NCBI GenBank assembly: GCA_964016885.1
Contig: OZ024741.1
Coordinates: 47,244,001 to 47,308,000, forward strand
Direction: 5' to 3'
Length of the DNA: 64,000 bases
Source: Eledone cirrhosa
Taxonomy: Eukaryota
Positions within the stretch are counted from its first letter, which is position 1; each line of letters begins with the position of its first letter. The notes under the pieces are model-generated. The model did no database searches and was not told the origin of the DNA. It saw only the letters and a list, made by a program, of their open reading frames with translations. Shown here in pieces: positions 51,124 through 64,000 of this stretch. The translations under genes were made by a program, and so were the position numbers.

Positions 51124-54100
51124 AGACAGCAGCCTAACAAGATACCGACATGGACATGTCACAACCAACGACAGAGGCCGAGATACCAACCACACAAGCG
51201 GCTTTAACATTGAAAGTCCCTGTGTTTTGGTCCAACGACCCGACTCTGTGGTTCGCTCACATAGAAGCACAATTCGCCGCTAACAGAATTAAGAGCGATT
51301 CTGCAAAACTTACCTATATCATTGGGTCTGTCCCGCCAGAAGTCTTGGCTGAGGTGAGGGACCTCGTCATGGCACCGCCGGGCACGGTGTCATATGAATC
51401 ATTCCGCAAGGAATTGATCAAGTGAACGACCGCGTCACAGCAGAGACGACTCAACCAACTCGTGTCTGCAGAAGAATTGGGGGACAGAAAACCATCCCAA
51501 CTATTGCGAAAGATGAGACGGCTGATGGAAGACCAGCTGGTTTCAGAAGATGTGCTGAAACGGCTGTTTATACAGCGCTTGCCCTTATCAATTCAGGGCA
51601 TTCTGGCATCGACCAACGAGTCAGCAACCCCGGAAGAACTGGTGAGTGTCGCAGATAAGATCGCTGAGGTGTCAAACCCTTTTGCCTCAGTGGCACAAGT
51701 AGATCATCGGATGAACCTTTACGTAGCGTCCTCGGATTCCACCTCCGAGATTTTTTAGAGCTGTAGGCTATGATCAGAGAACAGGCTGGTCAAATTAAAG
51801 CCCTCTCAAACCAATTAGAGAACCTGACCTTTCAAACACACCGGCGGCGCAGCAACAGTCGATTCAGGCCCTTTCACCGTCGAAGATCCAGAAGTCCCAG
51901 TCAAAATCGTGTGTCTGGCAACCTCTGCTGGTATCACGAAGAATTCGGCGCACAGGCATCTAAGTGTAGGGCCCTGTGCTCTTTCCAGAATACCACCCAG
52001 GGAAACGGGCAGACCAGGGCCTAGCGACGACGTTCACCCCTGGTACTGAGAAGAAAAGTCGTCTGTTTTTTATCAACGACCAAGCGACAGGCATCCGTTA
52101 CCTCGTGGATACAGGAGCCCAGGTTAGTGTTATTCCTGTTTCTCTAGTCTCGGGCAAAAACACCCAACCCCGTCCTTTCTGTAGGCAGTGAACCAATCGT
52201 CAATTCCGACTTTCAGGGAGAAATCACTGACCCTCAATTTAGGCCTGAGGCATCGTTTTCAATGGGTGTTCGTCGTGGCAGACCTGCCGACCCCTATCTT
52301 AGGAGCCGATTTTCTCCACCACTTCAACCTTCTGGTGGACATGAAGAACCGGAGGCTTATTGACACCACCACAAACCTCACTGTGAGAGGTATATTTACC
52401 ACGAAATCCACAGTGAGCCCTGTAATTTGCCAGTCAGAGCCTTCGCGGTACAACGGCATTCTCCAGAAATACCCAGACATCACTCGCCCGGTATTTAAGG
52501 ATGGTCCTATTAAGCATAGTGTCACACATCACATCGAGACAAGAGGACCACCCACAGCTTCCCGATCAAAGAGACTGCCTCCAGACCGCTTGAGAATCGC
52601 CAAACAGGAGTTTCAACACATGCTGGACCTCGGAATCATTCGCCCTTCCTCCAGCAACTGGTCTGCACCCCTATACCTTGTTCCTAAAAAAAAAAACGAG
52701 AATGATTGGCGACCATGTGGGGATTATCGTGCACTTAACAATTCTATAGTACCCGATAATTACCCTGTACCTCACTTGCACGACTTTTCTGCCTCTCTGC
52801 AAGGTGCACGCATCTTTTCCAAGATAGATTTGGTACGGGCATATAACCAGATACCTATGGAGCCTGCAGATATTCCGAAGACCGCAATCACCACACCGTT
52901 CGGTTTATTTGAATTCCTGCGAATGCCGTTCGGTCTGCGCAACGCCGCACAAACTTTTCAGCGGTTTATTGACACCGTGTTACGTGATCTACCCTTTGTA
53001 TACGCGTATATCGACGACGTGCTGGTAGCAAGTACTTCCGAGCAAGAACACGAGAAGCACTTAGATCTTCTTTTCCAACGTTTGGCCGAGTACGGTATTA
53101 TCATCAACTCCAGCAAGTGCCTTCTTGACGTTCCTTCACTGTCCTTTCTCGGGAACATCATTCCTGGGGAAGTAGAAGCTATCCGCAATTTTCCCGCACC
53201 TACATCACTTCGGAAACTGCGTGAATTCCTCGGTTTGGTGAATTTTTATAGGCGTTTCATCCCTCATTGTGCCGACGCATCCAGACTCCTCACGGACCTT
53301 CTTCGCAACCGGACTCGGAAAAACGAAGACATCACTCTGAACGAAGAAGAATTAACATCTTTTAACCGCCTGAAGGAAATGTTGGCAAACGATTCCATGC
53401 TCGTTTTCCCCAGATCTGGCGCTCCTCTTTCGCTGCTAGTTGACGCATCAGACACGGGGGTTGGAGGCATTTTACAACAATATGTCGACGGCGTTTGGCA
53501 ACTCCTATCCTTCTTTTTTAAGCGGTTGCAACCTGCAGAAACCAAATACAGTACGTTTGGCCACGAACTCTTGAACATTTTCGTCACATGCTCGAAGGAT
53601 CGGATTTCGCGATCTACACGGACCATAAACCACTAGTTTATGCGTTCCGTACCAAACCTGATCGACATTCACTGAGAGAACTCCGACACCTGGATTTTGT
53701 CTCCCAATATTCAACTGATATTCGGCATATCAAGGGATCAGACAACGTAGCAGCCGACGCCCTGTCCCGAATCCAGCTGAACGCAATATATGTGCATTCA
53801 GGCATCGACCTTCAACAGATCGCAGCTGACCAAGAGACTGACGAAGAGTTTATCAAGCTCCGAGATTCGCCATCCCTCAAGTTTCAGCAAGTTCCCATTC
53901 CTTCTTCTCCGGGACAAATTTGGTGCGACCTTTCTACCGGTCATGAACGACCGTACGTACCACGGATGCATCGTCGACAAGTTTTTTCTGCTTTACACTG
54001 CTTGTCTCACCCGGGAATCCGGGCTACACAGAAACTCATCTTTGCTCGTTTTGTGTGGACTAACATTAACAAGGACGTGCGCGACTGGTCCAGGACCTGC

Positions 54101-55994
54101 ATTGCCTGCCAGAAAGCCAAAGTCCACAGACACATCAAAACTCCACTCGGCACATTCGCGCAACCTGATGCACGTTTTCATCATGTGCATATCGACATCG
54201 TTGGACCTCTATCACCATCACAGAACTGCACACACTTGCTCACCTGCATAGATCGATTTTCCCGTTGGCCTGAGGCTTTTCCCAAAGTGATACCTCAGCG
54301 GAAACAGTCGCTAGAACTTTGGTTTTACACTGGGTATCACGTTATGGCGCCCCAGCGAAGATAACAACGGACAGAGGACGCCAGTTTGACTCCCACCTCT
54401 TCAGGGAACTGACTCGCCTATTAGGATGTAAACACATCCGCACGACAGCTTATCACCCGCAAGATAATGGTCTCGTGAAAAGATTCCATCGCCAATTGAA
54501 AGCTGCAATAAAAGCATATCCAGACACTGGTTTGAATACCTGCCACTCATCCTTCTGGGCATTCGATCCACCGTTAAGGAGGAATTCGGACACACACCTG
54601 AAGAATTAGTGTACGGCACCACCCTGGTTCTACCTGGTCAGATGGTTGCTCCCATCTCTCCTCAGGACGTTCCAGACCCAGGATCATACGTACACCGTCT
54701 TCGACAATATATGTCTCACCTTGCTCCTGCAAGCACCCGTCAACAGAACACGGCCACACACATACCTTCAGACATTAAAGATTGGACACACGTTTTCGTT
54801 CGAAACGACACCATCTCAGCTCATCTTCGACCTCCATATTCTGGCCCTTATCGTGTTCTAAAAAAATATCCGAAACATTTTATTCTCGATCTAGATGGTA
54901 AACAGAATTCTGCCAGCGTGGACAGATTAAAAAAAGCCATCATGGATACTGTTACAGCCTCTACACCAGAAACTCTAACAGATTGCTGTCCCAGCAAGCC
55001 ACCTGTTTCATCTCCAGTCACGAGAAGTGGATGACGTGTCCATTGGCCCGCCAAGTTGGCACAATATGTGAATTACCGTTAACCTCAAGTGAGTTTCTTA
55101 ATCATTCTTCTTGCAAAATATTCCCATTTTCCTTGTTGTTACTATTTCCAGTTTCAAATACAATGAACTTTCTGCTTGAACAATTGCAATTTTTAGTGAC
55201 CATGTGCTCATGTCACGAAGATTATTTATTATGAACATTATCTATTACAAAAACTATTTAAGAACAAACATTGTGTATAGCATTGTGTATAACATTTTTT
55301 TTTTTCTTCTCTCTCTTGTCTTGCAAAAATCTTTTTTTTTTTTTCGTTCTGCAACATTAATTGTGTAATTGCCATAATGTTTATATACATACAAGGCGTG
55401 TACATATTCTGTTTTTCATGCATACTACACAACCACGTTTGTTTCACCTTTTGGTTCATACACTGAGCAATAGATATTTTTGTCGCTCTAACTCTTACAC
55501 TACAAAATGTTTTCTCTTTGATCACGCATTTCACAAATCGCACCCTCAAAACACTGGCCTTCTCAATAGCTCGAGAATGCCTCGCTATTTTTTACCACAT
55601 GCATTCGCTCAAGTCATATGCTTTGGAGCAAACTGTTACTTTTAGGCAGCATGCTTACGGCCATTCAGTTCACACATTACGGTTATTTTCACTTCCCTGT
55701 TAGACTTTTTGTCACGCAATTCACAGGCAGCTCAACCCAAATTGCAACAGGCTCATTCATCACGCCTGCATAAATCTGGTCAAAGTCATTTTATAGTTTA
55801 TTTCTTTTTTCTCTTCCTGACACACACATCTTGCCATATCATCTCTACATCGACTCTGTCCTATACTCGATGATCACCAAACTTCACAACGTGCTGGACA
55901 CACCTTGGGCTATTGCCATGACAAATGCACCACTGGCTCATTACTATACGATATTTTGCTCTTTTGTTATACAAAAGATCTGGCAGGGGATTAA

Positions 55995-56478
55995 TGTACA
56001 GCCACCGGAAATAACATCTGTGAAATAAACAGCTCCATCTATCTGCTTAGCTAGCTACCTCACCGTGAAATAAACAACCCTTAAAGCCACCAAAATAAAA
56101 CGCCTACGCAGCGGCTAAACATCAATCGATTATTTTTTTGTATAAATAGAGTGATTCCAAGCACTTTCGCCAGTCGACCTTTGGCAGAGTCAACTCGCGT
56201 ATCGTTGTTCCTCTCCTCTGCCACGCTTGTCACTCACACACACCTTGTACCTCTGTATCGTCGCTTCATGTATGAAAATAAATAGCTGACCGAAACTACT
56301 CGCCTTGCTCGTCCTTTCAACTTGTGCTTTCGTCTGTCCATCCTTACCATATGTGACAACAGTTCTTTTAAGGGCTATGTTCAGATCCGATCAGACCGTA
56401 TGCGATAACAGTCCTTCTAAGGGCTATTCTCGGGACCGATCAGAAGTAGTGACCATACCGACTAACCACGTCGCTACA
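55995..56478 (+). repeat. 3' LTR of Gypsy element 2
   Basis: Follows the PPT and carries an extra ~50-bp tandem unit in U5. Confidence 0.95.
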
Positions 56479-56729
56479 TATACATACATACATATATAAA
56501 TGAAGAGAGAAAGAGGGAGAGACAGAGAGTAAGAGATATATATGTGTGTGTGTGTTTGGTACACGTCTATCTACCTATCTCCAAACATGCGGCCCGCGAA
56601 CTACTTTTCTATGGCCTGTGATAGAACCCATATTTCAGATTGCATTATAACTGGTGAAAATCATCAGTCTGTGTGTGTATATATATGTGTATGTATGTAT
56701 GTATGTATGTATGTATGTATGTATGTATT

Positions 56730-57332
56730 ATGTCAGGTCACCAGTTGGTGCTACTGGTAACATGTAGCCCAGTACAACCTGTCTCATGGTCGGGTCGTTG
56801 GCGATTAAACTGGCAACCCCACCAAGGTTTCTTGGTGAGGAGGGTGACTTTGACATCCTGCAGGACTAAAAACAAAACCTGTCAAAGGGCAAAGGAGCTC
56901 TTAAGAGTCAATGGCCATCAAAAATCACCGGGAGAGATGACTCCTTAACCTTTGTCAAGACAGAATTCTAGGAGAAGGAAAACTCTGATATAACACCTGC
57001 AACCCTGATGGTATCCAATGATGTTGACTTGTTCTTCTTTTTGGTAAATATCATCTTGGTTAAGAGAGTGGGACTGGCTTTGTGCAGTGCCTTTGCTCAC
57101 TATAAAAGCTTCACGGCACAGGCATTGCTTTGTATCTGGAGATCTCTCTGCACTTGTCATCACATGGTACCATGGGCCCAGCACTGTCAATAATTGTCAC
57201 AAGTGTAGTGTTTGTACGAGAGTTTTCAAGTCGCTGGCTGGACTAAAAATTCACACTCGTTCAGCGCATCGGTAGGGGTTCTCCTACATATAAAGTAGTG
57301 GCCGTACTCGAAAACGAGTTGGCAGCCACCAT
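56730..57332 (+). mobile_element. Short non-autonomous RTE-like element in (TATG)n, with a terminal C2H2 finger remnant
   Basis: CSVCTRVFKSLAGLKIHTRSAH just before the 3' end. (ATGT)n on both sides. Confidence 0.55.
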
Positions 57333-57397
57333 GTATGTATGTATGTATGTATGTATGTATGTATGTATGTATGTATGTATGTATGTATGTATGTATG

Positions 57398-57776
57398 TGT
57401 AGTGACCTACATTCCGCGGGCTCACATACATTCTCTGTGCGTGATTTGGCTCAGTTCAGCCAATCAGCGCCAGTAGAAGAGGATGTATCCCTACGCGCCC
57501 TGAGGAAGAAATTCCCCGCGAAGATTTGAAGAATCTCTCTCTTGTACCAGAAACTTCGAACCAGCAACACGCATAATGTAACGGTGAGATATTGTACCCT
57601 AGCCTCGCCCGCTTTTCGGCGCAATGGCACATTCCCTTTTGTAACCTCTTTTTATCTGTAACTTCAACCATATAAGTTAACAAACATTGTTTGTGCTACA
57701 TCAAAAATAAACATACATTTCATCTCTAATTTCTGCGGTTGAAATCATTATTATGTTTCTCGTGTCTCAATAACAT
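57398..57776 (+). repeat. Possible solo LTR
   Basis: TGT...ACA ends with CCAAT and AATAAA motifs. No clear TSD. Confidence 0.3.
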
Positions 57777-58367
57777 CTATAATCCATGCTGCTGGAATTG
57801 GGGACCTGACGAAAGGAATATTGTAAATACTAAGATGGTAAATAGATCGAGGGACCTTCCCTCGCGTCTATGTCGACAAGATAATCCAACGAGGATACTA
57901 TCACTTACCACACTGGCAACTAACGACCTTCAATCATCTACCCTGTTAAAGTGGCGACTATTCAACTTTCATACTGCTAAATATGTATGTATGATATGTA
58001 AGGGAGCTTATAGATAGGACAACACACGCTGTCTTTTCATGGGGTAAGTTTTTAATAAATTTTTGTATTCTGAAACATCAAAATACAACAATTTTTTGGT
58101 CACTGGACTCGGGAATGTCACGACAGAAGTTTGTGGAAGTTACACAAATATTTTCGTATATTTTACCAGAGCAATCCTTATTTATATTTTATACTTTACA
58201 TTTACTTACATCTCAATATAACATGGCTAAAATTCAAATTTTGCAAAGAGAAGAAAACGGACAAATGAACTAGATACATCTCACTGCCCCCCGTCACCAC
58301 AATAACGTCTACACTCTCTCCCCACCACCACCACATTTACACATGTCATTACCCTATCTAGACTAAA

Positions 58368-58407
<40 letters not shown>

Positions 58408-58411
<4 letters not shown>

Positions 58412-59108
58412 GAAAGGTATAGAAAACATTGTAGCAAAAAGCCAACAGTATTCCATAATATATATATATAAATCAAAGGTATAGAAATTATTGTAGCGAG
58501 AAGCTAACAGTATTCTATAATATATAAGTGACTATTACGTCAAAATGGGAAAATAGTTAACGTAAGATGTGGGAAAAATAACTCAAACTCAATTCAAAAA
58601 GAATCAGGATATAGATTTATCCAACAGAATTTAGAGAAATCCAGGGAAAAATCAATAGAGCCTTAACTCATGATAAAACAAAGTCTAAAATACTCATCCT
58701 TCAATTTGGGACAACTTCAAATGCTCCGTATAGTCTTGAAAAGACTATTTCACGAAAACTTTCAGTGGGGATGGTGACGGTTGGATTCCGTTCATCAGCA
58801 GAGCTCAACATGGTAACCAAGGTCTCACTGATTAATATGCCAAAAAGGGAATTTAAAATCAGGCTAGTTTAACATCATGCGTGATTATGAAAATAAAACG
58901 CACATGTGGAAAAACAGGGCTGGTGACGTCAGAATGAGACGAATGTTTGTTTACATGAAACAACAGTAAAAAACATTCCGAAAAAAAACTCTACAATAAG
59001 GAGTTCAGCAAAAAGCAATATTATCGCGGTGTTTTTTTTTTTAAATACCAGGATTAGTCACGAATAATTTAAGCACTCTAGGAAATAAATCCGAGTATAT
59101 ATAAATGA
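58408..59108 (-). mobile_element. Putative retrozyme copy 4, one full unit plus a duplicated ~55-bp end fragment
   Basis: Homologous to 32380-32990. Abuts (TA)n at 58371-58407. Confidence 0.85.
58723..58804 (-). ncRNA. Type I hammerhead ribozyme (retrozyme copy 4), best-formed copy
   Basis: GCTCTG-CTGATGA-ACGGAA...TTTCGT-GAAA-TAGTCTT ttc AAGACTA-TA-CGGAGC. Predicted cleavage between 58729 and 58728. Confidence 0.88.
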
Positions 59109-59648
59109 ATATATGTATATGTGTGTATACACACCACTCAGTCAAACGACCAGATTTCAACCCCAACATCTACAACAACAACACCGGCACTAATGTTTAC
59201 AGCAACAACAGCTTCAGAATGAATTGAAATGAACATTTACAACAACAACAACAGCGGCATCAAACGATAAAAAAAAACCCCTCAAAATAACAAAACACAC
59301 GCACACAACACAACATCAACTGCCACCACCACCACCACCGCCGCCATCACCATCACCAGCGACCGGGCCTTAAGAAAACAACAACTTTAATAATAATAAT
59401 TTTTCTGCTTTTGGCACGGATCCAGCGACTGTGCCAGCGCATTACTGGTACTCTCTTTTGTTGACTCCGTGGGGATGAAAGGCAAGGTTGACCTCGGCGG
59501 GATTTGAGCTCAGAGCGTGGAGAGCCATAGCTCTATGCTGTAAAGCAATTATAATAATACTGAACTGTAACACGAACGGCTTCAACTATACGAACTCTTG
59601 AAAGTCAACAGTTGACATAATCTTGTAATCTTGTATCAGTAATGACGG

Positions 59649-62135
<2,487 letters not shown>

Positions 62136-62498
62136 AATTATTAATTAATGCAATCGTGCAATGCCTGTGCGTGACGAATATTTTTAAAGTGAGGAAAGAC
62201 TGTGCACTGAGCCAATCCCACTCTGAGCGACAGTAGCTATAACCCGAAAAGAAGAAAAGATCAACATCATCGGTAACTACTGAGCCGCAGGTTTTATGTC
62301 GGAGTTAACCCAGTTTTCTGAGATGTTTTCTCCTAGAAGAATGCCCTGACAAGGGCTAGGGGTCCTTCACTCCCAGTGGTTTAACTGCGCGATCGGGCAT
62401 CCAGCCCGATTATTTCTGTCCTACGAAAAAAAACCCCCCAAAACTCACTTATTGACACTTATACGTACGACATACACACACACACGCTACTCACTTAT

Positions 62499-62562
<64 letters not shown>

Positions 62563-63545
62563 GATATTAAACAAATGGAAACTATATTTATAAAACCATA
62601 TTTATTTCATTATACATATTTCGGGGATACCATATTAAAAATATGGCATGCCTTCTTCAGATAAAATACAATATATAAACAGTTTTATAAATAATTTTGA
62701 CGTACCATAAATATTGATCAACTTTTATGTAAGAAGTTGGTTTGGTAGTGAAATGTTTATAAATATTTAGTGTTAAGCACAGTTAAAAAAAAATAAAAAT
62801 AAAAAAATAAAAAGACGGAGAGAAAGAAGAAATATATGTAAAGAAAAACAGAGAGAAATAGAGAGAGATAGGGGAGAGAGAAATAGTGAGGAGGTGAAAA
62901 AAGAGAGGCAGCTGAGGCAACAGATGAATAATAATAATTCATCATACAAATTGAGAGATTTAGGAGCGAGGGAGTACTGTACTTATTTAGTTATAGTGTT
63001 AAGGAGACGGAGAGAAATAAAAAATGAAGAGAAAACAGAGAGAGAGAGAGAAAGATAGAGGTGGGGGGAAAAAAGAGGTAGACCAAATAATAATAATTAT
63101 TATATATGGGGAGGTGAGAGAAATAGGAGAGAAGTAAGAGAGAAAACAAGAGCGAAACTCGAGAGGCAAAGTTAAAATAACCGATACTTAGACTTCATCA
63201 AATATAAAGAGGGAGGAGAAGAAAGAGCTATATCTAGAGAGAGGGATGATAGATTTACATCTTTACGTTATGTCCTATCAATTTGAATTATCAATTCATA
63301 TGAATTGGGTATTATAATGTAAATATCAATATTCATGAATGAGACATAGATATATAATGTGTGAAAAATAATGACCATATGTTTAGTTTAAAATTCTGAG
63401 GTCGATGTACCAAAAACTGAGATAAAACTTCAAAAAATACGGAAATATATAAGTATATATGTACTTTCCGGAAAAGGGAAGAAAGAGAAAAAGAGAAGGT
63501 CATCTCAAGCTCTAGTTGATACTATAGACATACCCATGATCTTAC

Positions 63546-63803
63546 GTGATCAACTCTGTAATTTCACTATCAGGCTTACTCTGGCAACTTAAACATGATA
63601 ACGTTGGGTATTCGATGTTTTGGAATATTGTCTCAAGTGGGATTCCTTTTAATTCCTCATCTGAGACATGTGACCTCTGTGTGGAGGAGATATTCTTTAT
63701 ATTAAAATCTAAAAATTCCCTTAATTTAAGGAGCAATTTATTCAGTTGCTGCAGACATAGATTGAACTCAACGTTTAAATATAAATATAAATTTAAAAGG
63801 TAG
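63546..63803 (+). pseudogene. C-terminal fragment of a second Penelope-like GIY-YIG endonuclease
   Basis: LS.LLWQLK......FWNIV....FN.SS.TC.LC.EE.F.IL.....LNLRS.LF..CRH aligns with the C-terminus of the 61063-61830 ORF. Confidence 0.8.
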
Positions 63804-64000
63804 TATAATTAGTTAAGATATTTAATTAATGTATGAAACCTGACGATAAATCTTTCGATTCCTTCAACTTTTTCTTTTAAACCTTCTTCATAAATATATA
63901 CTAATGATGTAATTAAACTACCCTAAAATGTAGATGCTCCCAATCTATTGAATAAATTTTACGCTAGATAAACTTCTATACTAAATATAAGAGCATCTGT

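Noticed and set aside
57806-57850. CTGACGA as a hammerhead core
   Set aside because: No stem II-GAAA-stem III arrangement follows.
63840-63865. CTGACGA plus AATC/GATT hairpin after the PLE fragment
   Set aside because: The position fits a pLTR hammerhead, but GAAA and stem III are missing. At best a truncated relic.

Overview
AT-rich, repeat-saturated animal genomic DNA. The repeat types suggest a coleoid cephalopod such as Octopus (inference). One host gene is visible: kinetochore Mis12 on the minus strand. Its four coding exons (26914-27001, 26526-26593, 14961-15059, 2925-3065) have GT-AG boundaries and matching phases and give 132 aa. The C-terminal exon(s) lie left of the window. The rest is transposons: many RTE-clade LINEs whose RT carries a PHD-type finger, tRNA-derived SINEs, a piggyBac derivative and its MITEs, a decayed CRE-like RLE retroelement, two Gypsy elements, a decayed hAT transposase, Penelope-like GIY-YIG remnants, and mini- and microsatellites. 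The most notable unannotated signal is a ~615-bp non-coding repeat family with 4 copies, all anchored in (TA)n and one partly tandem. Each copy carries a type I hammerhead ribozyme with covarying stems, so this is a probable retrozyme family. One copy lies sense inside a Mis12 intron. Several separate minimal Penelope-type hammerheads, recurrent fold-back palindromes and a Gypsy cassette bracketed by long inverted repeats were also seen.
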